DNA from: an uncultured candidatus Porisulfidus sp.
GTDB taxonomy: Bacteria > Pseudomonadota > Gammaproteobacteria > Poriferisulfidales > Poriferisulfidaceae
Direction: 5' to 3'
Assembly (NCBI GenBank): GCA_965116025.1
Contig: OZ220480.1
Coordinates: forward strand, 352,001 to 416,000
Length of the DNA stretch: 64,000 bases
The translations under genes and the position numbers were made by a program. Positions within the stretch are counted from its first letter, which is position 1. Each line of letters starts with the position of its first letter. Shown piece by piece: positions 21,023 through 32,800 of this stretch. The notes under the pieces are model-generated. The model was not told the DNA's origin, did no database searches, and saw only the letters and a list, made by a program, of their open reading frames with translations.

Positions 21023-21328
21023 ATGCCGCATTACAAACGACACGCCTTCTTCTGCGTCAACCAGCGAGAGGACGATGCCTGCTGTCAGGATCATGGCGCG
21101 CGGGCGATGCGCGACTACGCCAAAAAACGGTGCCAGGCGCTTGGCATTCACGGAACCGGCCAAGTCCGAATCAACCGGGCGGGGTGCCTCGACCGGTGCG
21201 CCGAAGGCCCGGTCATCGTCGTCTATCCGGAAGGCGTTTGGTACCGCTATCGCGATCAGGCCGACATCGACCGTATCATCGACCAGCATCTGATTCGCGG
21301 AAAGCCCGTGAAAGACCTGGAGATCTAA
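21023..21328 (+). CDS. Thioredoxin-like [2Fe-2S] ferredoxin
   Basis: FFCVNQR...CC, GCLDRCAEGP, VYPEGVWY. Confidence 0.9.
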   Translation: MPHYKRHAFFCVNQREDDACCQDHGARAMRDYAKKRCQALGIHGTGQVRINRAGCLDRCAEGPVIVVYPEGVWYRYRDQADIDRIIDQHLIRGKPVKDLEI

Positions 21329-21330
21329 GG

Positions 21331-22368
21331 ATGGAGCTCCGTCCGCTTGGCGACACCGGCATCGAGGTCAGCGCTCTCTGTCTCGGGACCATGACGTTCG
21401 GCGAACAGAACACCGAGGCCGAGGCCCACCAGCAACTGGACCGGGCGTTCGAGCGCGGCGTCAACTTCATCGATACCGCCGAGATGTACTCCGTCCCGAT
21501 CAGCGCGCGCACCCAGGGCCTCAGCGAGCGGCACGTCGGCTCTTGGCTCGCCTCCTCCCGCGTTCCCAGGGACCATGCGGTGATCGCGACCAAGGTGAGC
21601 GGTCCCAGAGCGTCCATGGACTATCTGCGCGATGGGCCACGCCTGAGCGCGAAACACATCCATCAGGCCATGGACGACAGCCTGCGCCGCCTGCGCACCG
21701 ACTACGTCGACCTCTATCAGGCGCACTGGCCCGAGCGGAACACCAACTATTTCGGGCAACTGGGATATCGAAGCGGAGACGACCCGGACTCCATCCCGAT
21801 CGAGGAGACCTACGAGGCGCTCCGCCAGCTGGTGGAAGTCGGCAAGGCGCGCGCCATCGGGGTATCCAACGAGACCCCGTGGGGAGTGTCAGAATACCTG
21901 CGTCTCGCGCGGGAGTCTTCCGGCCCGCGCGTCGTCTCCATCCAGAACCCCTACAACCTGCTGAACCGGACCTTCGAGGTGGGACTCGCGGAAGTCGCCA
22001 TCCGGGAGCGATGCGGCCTGCTGGCCTATTCGCCTCTCGGGTTTGGGGTCCTCACCGGAAAATACCAGCGGGACCCCCCGCCCGAGTCCCGGTTGCGACG
22101 CTGGAGCTACTTCAACCGGTACAGCAACCCGCAGGCTAAGGCCGCGACCGCTCAATACCTGGAGTTGGCGCGCAAGCATGGCCTGAGCCCCGCGCAGATG
22201 GCCCTAGCTTTCATTCGGAAGCAGGCCTTCGTCACCAGCGTCATCGTCGGCGCCACCACGATCCAGCAATTGGATGAGAATCTGGCGAGCGTCGATCTGG
22301 ATCTGCCAGATCCGTTGCCGCGCGAGATCGACGCGATCCACGAGACCCAGCCAAACCCCGCTCCCTGA
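21331..22368 (+). CDS. tas: NADP(H)-dependent aldo-keto reductase (Tas family)
   Basis: LGTMTFGEQN, DTAEMY, IGVSNETPWG, IQNPYNLLNR. Confidence 0.9.
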   Translation: MELRPLGDTGIEVSALCLGTMTFGEQNTEAEAHQQLDRAFERGVNFIDTAEMYSVPISARTQGLSERHVGSWLASSRVPRDHAVIATKVSGPRASMDYLRDGPRLSAKHIHQAMDDSLRRLRTDYVDLYQAHWPERNTNYFGQLGYRSGDDPDSIPIEETYEALRQLVEVGKARAIGVSNETPWGVSEYLRLARESSGPRVVSIQNPYNLLNRTFEVGLAEVAIRERCGLLAYSPLGFGVLTGKYQRDPPPESRLRRWSYFNRYSNPQAKAATAQYLELARKHGLSPAQMALAFIRKQAFVTSVIVGATTIQQLDENLASVDLDLPDPLPREIDAIHETQPNPAP

Positions 22369-22369
22369 A

Positions 22370-23083
22370 TCACATCGGGGGAGACATCCGCGCTCCCGCG
22401 TCCTCGATCCACTCTCGGACCCGCTCGTTCAGCCGCGCGGGCCGCGATCCTTCCGTGGAGATCGGCGGCCCGACCCGAACGGTGACCGTTCCGGGCTTCT
22501 TGACGTACCCCCGAAGCCAAAAGCGTCCTGAGTTGTGGGCCATCGGGAGCACCGGCACCTGGTTCTGGACCGCGATATGCGCTCCACCCGCCTGATAGGG
22601 GCGACGTTCTCCCGGAGCGAGACGAGTGCCTTCCGGGAAAATAACGACCGCGTCGCCACGCGCGAAACGCTCGCGCGCCTGTCTCACCAAACGCTTGAGG
22701 CTGCGCACCGGCGAGCTTCGAACGATGATGATCGGGCGCGTCAGAGCCAAGCCCCAGCCAATCACCGGAATCCACAGCAAGGACCGCTTGAGCGCGAAGA
22801 TCGGTCGCCGCAATAGCACCACCAGCAAGATCGTCTCGAACGCCGACTGGTGATTCGCCATTAGCATGAAGGGGCCAGAATCAGGGATGTTCTCACGCCC
22901 GTGGACCTCGCAGGAAATTCCACAGAGCGCGTCCGCGCACCAGAGGACGGCCACGTTCCAGAGGCTGAGCAACCGATAGCAGGGACGGCGGGGCAGGCAC
23001 GCGGCGATCGGCAACGCGCATGCGGCGGCCAGCGTGACGGCCAGAACGCCTAGGTAGAACGACGTGGAGCGGATGATGGCCAT
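22370..23083 (-). CDS. plsC: 1-acyl-sn-glycerol-3-phosphate acyltransferase
   Basis: NHQSAFET and FPEGTR motifs; glyS-gmhB-plsC synteny. Confidence 0.88.
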   Translation of the reverse strand: MAIIRSTSFYLGVLAVTLAAACALPIAACLPRRPCYRLLSLWNVAVLWCADALCGISCEVHGRENIPDSGPFMLMANHQSAFETILLVVLLRRPIFALKRSLLWIPVIGWGLALTRPIIIVRSSPVRSLKRLVRQARERFARGDAVVIFPEGTRLAPGERRPYQAGGAHIAVQNQVPVLPMAHNSGRFWLRGYVKKPGTVTVRVGPPISTEGSRPARLNERVREWIEDAGARMSPPM

Positions 23084-23093
23084 CCGACCGCGC

Positions 23094-23636
23094 TCAGCAA
23101 GATGACGCCAGCAACTCGTCCACGAAGGAAAGCAGATTGTCGTACACCGGGATGCCGGCCGGCAGCTCCTCGTTCTTCTCGATCTGCCTGCCGTACCCCG
23201 TGCGCACCAGAACTGGTCGCGCGCCGGCCGCCAGCGCGGCCTGGATGTCCGACAGCTTGTCCCCGACCGCCGGCACGTTCCCCAAGTCGGTCCCGCACCG
23301 CTGCGCGATATCCTCGAACATGCCCGGCTTGGGCTTGCGGCAGTCGCTCTTCGCGTCCGGCGCGTCCGGGCAGAAAAATATGGCGTCCACCCAGCCCCCG
23401 AACCGGCCCAGGGAGTTGTGCATTTTCTGATGGATCGTGTTCAGGGCGTCCATGTCGATGATGCCGCGGCCAACGGCCGACTGGTTGGTCGCGAGCACCA
23501 CCCGGTAGCCCGCCTCGTTCAGCCGGGACACCGCCTGCATGCTGCTGTCGATCGGCACCCACTCGTCCGGCGTCTTGATGAAGTCCCTCCGCTCCTCGTT
23601 CAGGACTCCGTCGCGATCCAGAATGATCAGTTTCAT
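23094..23636 (-). CDS. gmhB: D,D-heptose 1,7-bisphosphate phosphatase
   Basis: LDRDGVLN, TNQS, CRKPKPGM, GDKLSD. Confidence 0.93.
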   Translation of the reverse strand: MKLIILDRDGVLNEERRDFIKTPDEWVPIDSSMQAVSRLNEAGYRVVLATNQSAVGRGIIDMDALNTIHQKMHNSLGRFGGWVDAIFFCPDAPDAKSDCRKPKPGMFEDIAQRCGTDLGNVPAVGDKLSDIQAALAAGARPVLVRTGYGRQIEKNEELPAGIPVYDNLLSFVDELLASSC

Positions 23637-23655
23637 ATCTTAAATTCCGTTCCGC

Positions 23656-25752
23656 TCAATCCCGCAAGCATGAGATATCCGCGATTTCCAGAAACGATTC
23701 CCTTATTTTTCTGAGAAGGCGCAGACGATTATGACGCAATTTCTCGTCTTCCGCCATCACCAGCACCGAATCGAAGAACTTGGACACCGGCTCCGCCAGC
23801 TCGACCAGCGCGTCCAGCGCCCGCTCATAGCGCCGCTCCACGCGACGCTCCAGAGATTGATCGCGCGCCGTCTCGAACCGCGTCCAGAGCGCCCGCTCCG
23901 CCGCCTCTTCCAACAGGTCCGGATCTACAGCGCCGTCGATTCCGTCCGCCTCGCGCAAGATGTTCCGGATCCGCTTGTGCGTCTCGATCAGCGACCGCGC
24001 TCGCGGCCGAAGCCGGAACTCCTCCACCGCCCTCGCCCGTCTGAAGGCGTCCAGCGGTCGCGCGAATCCCGTCGCCAGAGCCGCCTCGGCGACATCGCGG
24101 GATAACCCGCGCTCCACCACGTAGCCACGCATCCGGTCCTCCAAATACTTGAGCGTCGCCCGCGGAGCGGCGGGATCAAGAGATTCCGGATAGCCCTCGG
24201 CCGCCCGCGCGAGGCAGTCCTCCAGATCCAAATCCAGATCTCTCTCCACCGTCAGGCGCAAGACGCCATACGCCGCGCGTCGGACTCCCAGCGGGTCCCG
24301 GGTCCCGGTGGGAGTCTCGCCGATCGAGAACACGCCGACCAGCATATCCAGCCGGTCGGCCAAGGCTAGGGCGAGGCCGGGCAACGCGCCCGGCAACGCG
24401 TCGTCCGCGCGCCGGGGCAAATAGTGATCCGAGATCGCCGCGCAAACCGCTTCCTCCTCCCCCTCCATCTTGGCGTACCACGCGCCCATGATTCCCTGGA
24501 GCTTCGGAAACGACTGCACGATGTCCGTGCCCAGATCCGCCTTGCACAGGCGCGCCGCGCGCTCCACCACCCTCTCGCTCACGTCCGCGCCCGATTCCCG
24601 AACGATATGCAAGGCCAGCCGCCCAATGCGCCGAACCCGATCAAGGAGCGTCCCCAATTCGCGGTGAAACACTACCCTGCCCAAATCCTCGACGCGAGAT
24701 TCGAGCGGCCGCGACCGGTCGCGCTCCAGGTAGAACGCCGCGTCCTGCAGTCGAGAGCGCGCGACCCGCTCGCACCCGGCGCGGACATCTCCGTTCACGT
24801 CCGGGACGTTGGCGACGGCGAGAAAAATCCGGGACGGCGCGCCATCCGCGGTCCGGGTCGAGAAGTATTTTTGCTGGTCTTCCAGAACCGCGCGGACCAC
24901 CTCCCACGGAAGGTCCAGAAACTCCTCGTCGACGCGGCCCGCGACGACCACCGGAAACTCCACGCTCGCGCAAACCTCCTCAAGCAGGCTCTCCGTCCGG
25001 ACCGCCGACGCTCCCGTCTCGATCTCGATTTCGGAGAGCTGCCGCTCCGTCTCTCGCCGTCGCTCCGCGCCGTCCACCAGCACGCGTCCTCGCTCGCGCA
25101 GGACCTCCTCATAGGAGTCGGCGTCCACCAAATCCAAGAGCCTCTCTCCGAGAAAGCGGTGGCCGCGCGTGGTCGCGCCACAGGCCAGCCCCAGAACCTC
25201 TCCCTCGACCGGCTCGTCACCGTACAGCAACACCACCCATCGGACCGGACGCAGAAAAGCGACTTCCCGCGCGCCCCAGCGCATGCGTTTTGGAAGAGGC
25301 AGTCCCGCCACGGCGCGGTCGAGCGCTCCCGGCAGAACTTCCCGACAATCGCGCGGCTCGGTCGTCCGCTCGAACGCGAGCCATTCCCCCTTTCCCGATC
25401 TCAGACGATCTTTTCCGTCTTTCCAACGCCGCATCTGTTCCGCGTCCGTTCCGCACCCCTTGGCGAAGCCCAGCAGAGCGCGCGTCGGGCGCCCTTCCGA
25501 GTCGAAGGCCGCTGCGACCGCGGGACCCTTGCGGGTCTCGGCGAGCGCGTCGGTCCGCGCCGCGACCGCCGAAATCCGCAACGCCAGGCGACGCGACGAC
25601 GCGTATGCCTGGACGGCCCTCCCGAACGGAAGGTTCGCGTCTTCCAGCTCCGCCACGACCCCGGCTTTCAGGGCCTCCCTAAGGGAATCCTGATAGCGGG
25701 GAGGGAGTTCTTCCGTACCAAGCTCGAACAGCGCGGCGCGAGTCTCGCTCAT
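23656..25752 (-). CDS. glyS: Glycine-tRNA ligase beta subunit
   Basis: [34 protein letters not shown]; ATG at 25752 overlaps the glyQ stop. Confidence 0.95.
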   Translation of the reverse strand: MSETRAALFELGTEELPPRYQDSLREALKAGVVAELEDANLPFGRAVQAYASSRRLALRISAVAARTDALAETRKGPAVAAAFDSEGRPTRALLGFAKGCGTDAEQMRRWKDGKDRLRSGKGEWLAFERTTEPRDCREVLPGALDRAVAGLPLPKRMRWGAREVAFLRPVRWVVLLYGDEPVEGEVLGLACGATTRGHRFLGERLLDLVDADSYEEVLRERGRVLVDGAERRRETERQLSEIEIETGASAVRTESLLEEVCASVEFPVVVAGRVDEEFLDLPWEVVRAVLEDQQKYFSTRTADGAPSRIFLAVANVPDVNGDVRAGCERVARSRLQDAAFYLERDRSRPLESRVEDLGRVVFHRELGTLLDRVRRIGRLALHIVRESGADVSERVVERAARLCKADLGTDIVQSFPKLQGIMGAWYAKMEGEEEAVCAAISDHYLPRRADDALPGALPGLALALADRLDMLVGVFSIGETPTGTRDPLGVRRAAYGVLRLTVERDLDLDLEDCLARAAEGYPESLDPAAPRATLKYLEDRMRGYVVERGLSRDVAEAALATGFARPLDAFRRARAVEEFRLRPRARSLIETHKRIRNILREADGIDGAVDPDLLEEAAERALWTRFETARDQSLERRVERRYERALDALVELAEPVSKFFDSVLVMAEDEKLRHNRLRLLRKIRESFLEIADISCLRD

Positions 25753-26630
25753 TCCACGCCCAAGGGAAAGTCCAGAGCCTCGCGCGCGGCGTAATAAGCC
25801 CGCGCGACCTTCCGCGCGCGCGCGCGCATGCGCAGAATGTATTTCTGGCGCTCGGTCACGGAAACCGCGTGGCGCGCGTCCAGCAAGTTGAAAAGATGCG
25901 AGCACACGACCAACTGCTCGTACGCGGGCAATGGCAGATCCTGATCGACCAGCTCATCGCACTCCCGCTCCATCTCGTCGAACTGGCGCGAAAGCTTCTC
26001 CGTGTCGGCCCGCTCGAAGTTGTAGGCCGACTGCTCGACCTCGTTCTGGTGAAACAGTTGCCCGTAGGTGACCCGGCTCGGCCCCGACCCGCTCCACGCC
26101 AAGTCGAACACGCTGTCCTTCCCCTGCAGAAACATCGCGATCCGCTCGATGCCGTACGTCAGTTCGCCAAGCGTGGGACGGCACTCCAGCCCCCCCGCCT
26201 GCTGGAAATACGTGAACTGGCTGATCTCCATGCCGTTGAGCTGCACCTCCCATCCCAGCCCCCAGGCGCCCAGCGTCGGAGACTCCCAATCGTCCTCCAC
26301 GAAGCGAATATCGTTCTCGGCCAGCGCGACGCCCAACTCTCGCAACGAATTCAGGTAGAGGTCCTGGATATCGTCCGGCGAGGGCTTGAGCGCCACCTGA
26401 AACTGGCAATAGCGCTGAAGACGATTCGGATTCTCTCCATAACGCCCGTCCGTGGGGCGCCTGCACGGCTGCGCGAACGCGCACCGCCACGGCTCCGGCC
26501 CGATCGCCCGCAAGAACGTCTCGGGGTGGAAGGTCGCCGCCCCGACCGGCAGGTCCAGAGCGGGCAAGATGGCGCAACCGCGGGCCGCCCAGTACTCTTC
26601 CAGTCCACGGATAAGGTCCTGCAGGGTCAT
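25749..26630 (-). CDS. glyQ: Glycine-tRNA ligase alpha subunit
   Basis: [37 protein letters not shown]. Confidence 0.97.
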   Translation of the reverse strand: MTLQDLIRGLEEYWAARGCAILPALDLPVGAATFHPETFLRAIGPEPWRCAFAQPCRRPTDGRYGENPNRLQRYCQFQVALKPSPDDIQDLYLNSLRELGVALAENDIRFVEDDWESPTLGAWGLGWEVQLNGMEISQFTYFQQAGGLECRPTLGELTYGIERIAMFLQGKDSVFDLAWSGSGPSRVTYGQLFHQNEVEQSAYNFERADTEKLSRQFDEMERECDELVDQDLPLPAYEQLVVCSHLFNLLDARHAVSVTERQKYILRMRARARKVARAYYAAREALDFPLGVE

Positions 26631-26869
26631 GCTTTTCTGGGGAAAATGGAGCGGAGGCCCGCCGGGAAAAATTGTAGCACTCGCGTGGCGACGAACCTGA
26701 AAATTGGTCCGGGAAGCATAACGCTCTCATGAAAACTCGACTCCAGTTTCCCCGCCACCTGGGTAACTGGCATCCTATCGGCTATCCTTGAACCTCCTTC
26801 CGCCGCGGGTCTCGGCGGGCGCGGTCCGCGCGCGGAGCGCGCTCACGCGCTATTTCTACCCGCGCGCGC

Positions 26870-29800
26870 TCACCACCGGAGGGAGGCGCGCAAGGCGATC
26901 CGGCTCTCGCCGCCGGTCTCCGCCTCCAGCGCCAGCGCCAGCGTCTCGCCACGGCGGTAGCGCGTCCCCAATCGCAGCAGCGCCAACCCGGACTCCTCCA
27001 CCGACAGCCCCGCGTACGGCGTCGCCAGTCCCGCCCACGGCCCCGACAGCCCCTGACCCACCTCCGCCTCCAGCCGCGTCCGAGCCTCCGCCTCCCCCAG
27101 CCTCGCCGACGACCCCTCCCGCGCGAACAGCCGCGCCAGCCCGCTCCCCGCGTCGCCCCGACCCAGCGACAGCCGCAGCGACGGACCCCGACCGCTCGCC
27201 TCCGGCGTCACCGACATCCGCGCGCTCGCGCTCCACTCGTCGCGATCCGCCTCGTGCGCCACCAGCATGCGCGTCCGAAGCTCCACCGACATCCGGCCCG
27301 TCCCATCCAAGTACGACACGCTCGCCCCCAGCTCCGCCCCCGCCCCGTCCGTCGCGTCGCCCCCGTCGTAGCGCGCCCCCGCCTCCAGCGCCGGCGTCAG
27401 CCTGCCCCCATCCTCCAAGACCCGCTCCCGCGACCCCTCCAGCGCCAGCCGAACGCGGCTCGCGTCCACCGACAGCCCCTCCAGCCCGTCCTCCGCGTCC
27501 GTCCGCGCCCGCGCCAGCGAGCCTTCCCCCCGCAGCGCCAATCGCAGAACGTCTCCCCCCGCGCCCGAGCGCTCCGACAGCGTCCGCCAGCCCCCCGCCG
27601 ACGCGCTCCGCGTCCGCAAGTCCGCCTCCCGCGTCGCCTGACCGTCCTCCCGCACCCGAACCTTCCCGCGCCCGTAGCTCGCGCTCGCCCACAAGCTCGA
27701 CCCGTCCTCCAAAAGCCACGCCACATACGGGCGCACCGACGCCAGCCGCGTCTCGTGCCGCCCCCGAACCCCGTCCGCCTCCGTGTCCAGATCGCCCTCC
27801 GCATAAGACGCCGCCACCCCCGCCAGAACGTCCGGGCGCGCCCGAAAGTCCACCCCGGCGTGCGCCGACCACACCTCCCCGTCCCAGGACACCCCGTCCT
27901 CCGACCCGTCCAGCGACGACAGCGCCCCGCGAACCCAGACCGACGCCACCCGGCTCCCGTCCGCCCCGGTCAGCCCCGTCGCCAGCGCCATCCCGGACAG
28001 CGCCGCCCGCCAGTCCAGCCCGGCCCCGTCCGCGCCCGCCCCCGACGCCAGCGCCGCGCCCAGGTCCAGCGCCTCCGGCTCCACCCCCGACGCCGCGAGC
28101 TCGATCCGCTGGGCGATCACCCCGGTCGCCTGCGCCACCGCCGCCGCCAGCGCCTGCGGCAGCGCCGCCGCGTTCACCCGGCTCGCCCGCGCCGCCGCCC
28201 CCAGCCGGTCGCTCACTATCCCGTCCGCCAGGGCGTCCGCCCCCACCGCGTAGCCCGTCCCCGCCAGCAGCTCGACCCGGTACGCCTCCTCCCCCTCCGA
28301 CCCCTCGTCCCCTGCCGTCGGGATCAGCACCATCCCCGTCATCCCCGCCTCTGCCCCGAAGTTCGCCTGGAAGTCCCGCGGGCCCAGCCCGCCCTCCACG
28401 TCCTCCGCGTCGAAGCCGCTGTCCTCCCGCGCCGACAGCCTCAGGCGAACCGCCAGCATGCCCGTCACCGCCTTGTCCGACGCCACCGTCAGCCGGATCG
28501 CCTCCCCCTCCGCCGTCACCGACGGATCCATCGATAATTGCAGGATCGGCGTCGTCTCCGACACCGACACCGACACGTCCGACAGCGTCGCCGCGTCGTA
28601 GCCCCCGCCCGCGATCGCGTGCGTCAGCGTCACCGCCGCCTCCGCCTCCGCGTCCTCGTCCGCCGCCGCCGACACCGTCACCGTCCGCGCCGTCGACCAG
28701 CTCGCCGCCGTGAACGTCAGGCTCGTCGGCGCCGCCGACACGTCTCCCGACGCCCCGCCCACCGTCACCACCACGTCCCCCGCCTCCGGCGGCGGAATGT
28801 GCAGAACCACCGTGTACGCCGCGCTCCCGCCCTCCACGACCGTCAGCTCCGTCGGCGCCACCGTTCCCCCCGGATCGTCCTCCGTCACCGACACCGACAC
28901 CGACCCGAACGCCACCGCGTCGTAGCCCCCGCCCGTCGCCGAGTGCGTCAGCCGCGTCGACGGGTCCGGCATCGTGTCGTCGTCCGACGCCGCCGACACC
29001 GTCACCGCCTGCGCCGTCGACCAGCTCGCCGTCGTGAACGTCAGGCGCGTCGGCGCCGCCGACACGTCTCCCGACGCCCCGCCCACCGACACCGTCACCG
29101 CCGCCGACGGCTCCGCCCCCAGAACCACCGTGTACGAGCCGCTCCCGCCCTCCGCCACCGTCAGCGCCGCCGTCGACACCGTCGCGCTCGCCGCGTCGTC
29201 GTCTCTCACCGTCACCGTCACGCTCCCCGCCGTCACGCTCCCGTAGCCCGACACCGCGTGGCTCACCGTCACCTCCTCGTCGCCCACGTCGTTGTCCTGA
29301 ACACCGGACACCGTCACCGTCTGGGCCATCGACCAGTTCGCCGTCGTGAACGCCAGCGACCCCGACGCCGTCGCCGCCCCCGGGTCCGAGCTCGACGGCG
29401 CCACCGTCACGCCTCCCTCCGGCTTCGTGTTCAGCCGCACCGTGTACGTTCGGGTTCCGTCCTCGGCCACCGTCAGCTCCGACCGCGACAGGATCACCCC
29501 CGGCGCCGCCGTCGGCGTCGCCTTCACCTCCGTCGAATAGCCGTTCTCCGGCGCCCGCGTCCCGTCGGGCGCCTCGGCGTACATCCGGAACGTGTACTCC
29601 ACGCCATTGCGAAACCCCGTGCCCTCGCCCCGCTCCACGGCGCTCGTCTGGCTTCCGCGAACGCGGCGAGTGCCCCACTCGGGCGGCATTTTCGCCCGGC
29701 TCTCGTCGTTCGTGTATTGGTAGACCCACCACGCCACCCCCGGCTGGGCGTCCCAGCTCAGCGTCACCGAGCGGTCGCCCGCCGTCGCCATCAGCGTCGG

Positions 29801-32800
29801 CGTCGCCAGCCCCGCCGTCGGCGTCGCCGGCTCCGGCGACGACGCCGGGCCCGCCCCGGCCGAGTTCCGCGCCCGAACCTGAAACTGATACCGCGCGCCG
29901 TTGTCCAGCCCCGTCACCGCGTGGCTTCGGGTCGCCGCCACCGAACCGGAGATGCTGGTCCACCCGCCCCATCGGGCCGCCCTCTTCTTCCGCCTCATCT
30001 GCCAGGCCGCGATCGACGCGTCCGCCCGCGGGAGCGTCCACGACAGCGTCACCTGACCGTCGCCCGCCGCCGTCGACAGGGTCGGCCTGCCGGAGGGCTT
30101 GACCACCGTCGCCGCCGCCCCGTCGCCCAGCGTCCCGTCCGCGCGCCGCGCCGACGCCGAGGCCGCCACCGCGTAGCCCGTATCGTCCATCAGCGTGATC
30201 CGGTAGGTCTCGTCGCCCTCCGTCTCCGCGTCCGCCACCGTCCTGATCGTCACCGTCCCCGCGTGCGACGCGGCGGAGCCGAACTCCGCGACGAAATCCC
30301 GCTCCAGCGCCCCCACGATATCGGCCGCGTCGAAGCCGCTGGCGTCCCGCGCCGCCAGCCGCAGGCGCACCGAGAGGTCGCCCGTCAGCGCCTTGTCCGA
30401 CGTGATCGTCAGGCTGATCGCCGTCCCCTCCGTCACCTTCGCCGGATCGGTCGACAGCCGCAGCGTCGGCGTCGCGTCCGACACCGTCACGACGACGGCG
30501 TCCACGCTCAGCGCCGAGCCGTAGGCCGCGTCCCCGCTGGACGCCGCGTGCGTCAGCGTCGCCACGTCGTCCTCCACGTCCTCGTCCGTTCCCGCCGACA
30601 CCGTCACCGTCTGGGCCGTCGCCCAATTCGCCGTCGTGAACGTCAGCGGCGCGCCCGACGCCGTCACCTCCCCCGACGCCCCGCCCACCGACACCGTCAC
30701 CGGCGCCGACGGCGCCGCGTCCAGAACCACCGCGTACGACCCGCTCCCGCCCTCCTCCACCGTCAGCGCCGTCGGCGCCACCGACACCCCCGCCGACGCC
30801 GCCGGCGTCACCCCCGCCGAGGCGTCCGACGCGGCGCCCACGCCCTCGCCGTTCACCGCCCGAACCCGGAAGCGATACTCCGCCCCGTTCTCCAGCCCCG
30901 ACACCACGTGGCTCGTCGACGTCGCGTCCGTGCCTTCCATGTTGGCCCAGTCCTCCCAAGCGGCGCTCCCCTTCTTCCATTGAACCCGCCAGACCGTCAC
31001 CGTGTCGTCGTCCAGATCGTCCCAGCTCAGCGTCGCCCGCCCGGCGCCCGGCGACGCCGCCAGCCCGGTCGGCTTCGCCGGAACCGCCGTCGCCGCCTCC
31101 GCCACCGTCACCTTCACGCTCCCCGCCTCCGGGATGAAGTCCGCGCTCGCCCCGGCGAGCCGAAAGGCGTGCGTGAGCGTCGCCGTCCCCGCCGCCACCC
31201 CGGACACCGTCACCGTCCGCGCCATGGCGGCGTTGGCCTGGGTGAACGTCAGGACTGGCGGCGACGCCGTCGCCTTCCCCGGCGCCGAGCTCGCGATCGT
31301 CAGCGTCCCGGAATCGCCCACCGTGATCAACGCGTCACCGTGCAGGGCCACCGTGTAGGTCGCGGTCCCGTTCGGCTCCACCGACACCGGCGCCCCCGCG
31401 AGGGTCAGCGCCGACCGGGCGGCGCTGGCGTTGGTCATCGTCGCCTCCGCCGCGTTCGACCACGGGCCAAATCGGTTGCCAAAACCCCCCGCGCTCCAAG
31501 CCCTGCCAGAATGCCGAACCTGATACTCGATCACCGCGCCGTTCAGCCAGTTCGCCGAATCGTCGTAACTTCGGGTATGGGGCTGGGAGAGGCGCATCCA
31601 CGTCGACGAGCCCCATCCGGTCTTCCCTTTCCTCCTGGATCGAAAATACCAGTCATTGAGATGGCTGCCGTCCGTCACGACCGCGTGCGGGTCCGCGTCC
31701 GCCACCACCCAGCTCAGCCCCGCCGCGCCGCCGGCCTTCGCCGCGACGCTCAAGGTCGGCGCCACCGCCGCCTTCGGCGTCCCCGCGTCCGCGTCCGAGA
31801 CCAGGCCATTCCCGTTATCGCTCACCGCCCGAACCTGAAACCCGTACGTCGTCCCGTTCGTCAGATCCCCCACATCGTAGTGGGTCGTGCCGGCGCCCGA
31901 GCTCGGAACGTCCATCCAGGCGCCGTAGCTCCCGGTCCCCTCCTTCCGCCGATACTGCCACTTGGTGATGGTCGCGTCGCCCGGATCCGTCCACGACAGC
32001 CGCGCCCGACCGTCCCCCGGCTGAACCGAGAAGCCGGCCGGCTTCTCCGGAACCGACAGCTCGCGCACCGTCACCGACACGCTCCCCGCGTCCGCGAACG
32101 CCGCCGCCGACTTCCCCGCGTACGTGAACCCGTGCGTGAGCGTCGCCGTCCCCGCCGCCACTCCGGTCACCGTCACCGTCTGCGCCACGTTCCAGCTCGA
32201 CGACGTGAACGTCAGCCGCGACGGCTCGACCGTCGCCTTCCCCGCGTCCGAGCTCGACGCCGACACCACCCCCGACAGCGCCTCCGACAGCGCCACCGCG
32301 TAGGTCGCGCCGCCCGTCCGCTCCACGCTCACCGTGGCGGGAGTCAGCGACAGCAACGGCTTGTTCGCGTTGACCACCGTGGCCTCGACCGTGTCGCTCC
32401 AGGGCCCGGGGTCCGAGGCGTTCACCCCCCGCGCCTGATACTCCAGAACCTCGCCGTTGAAAAACCCGGACGTCACCACCTCATGCGATCTCGCGCTCCC
32501 GTCCGACCCGGGGATCGAGACCTCCGTCCAGTCGGCTTCCCCTTCCCCCTTCCGCCGCCAGCGATAGTCGAAGCTCGTCGAGCCGTGACGCAAGCGCACG
32601 CCCCAGCTCAGCCGCGCCATGTCCTCGCTCGCGGTCGCGCTCAGGCTCGTCAGGCTCAGCGGCGGCGCCACCCGAACGGTCACCGTCGTCGAGGTCGTCC
32701 CCGCCGGATCCGCGCTGCCGTCCACCCCCCGCCAGCTCCAGGTCACCGTGTGCTTCCCCAAACCCAGATCCGCGCAGGGACTCAGGTTCGTGTTGGGACC

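Noticed and set aside
20318-21328. 336-aa ORF as a ferredoxin fusion
   Set aside because: The N-terminal part is antisense to the AlbA_2 gene; the real ferredoxin starts at ATG 21023
28200-32400. Repeated sequences as a CRISPR array or DGR template/variable repeat pair
   Set aside because: The repeats are in-frame protein modules without regular spacers; differences are not adenine-specific by eye; no cas or reverse transcriptase gene in the window
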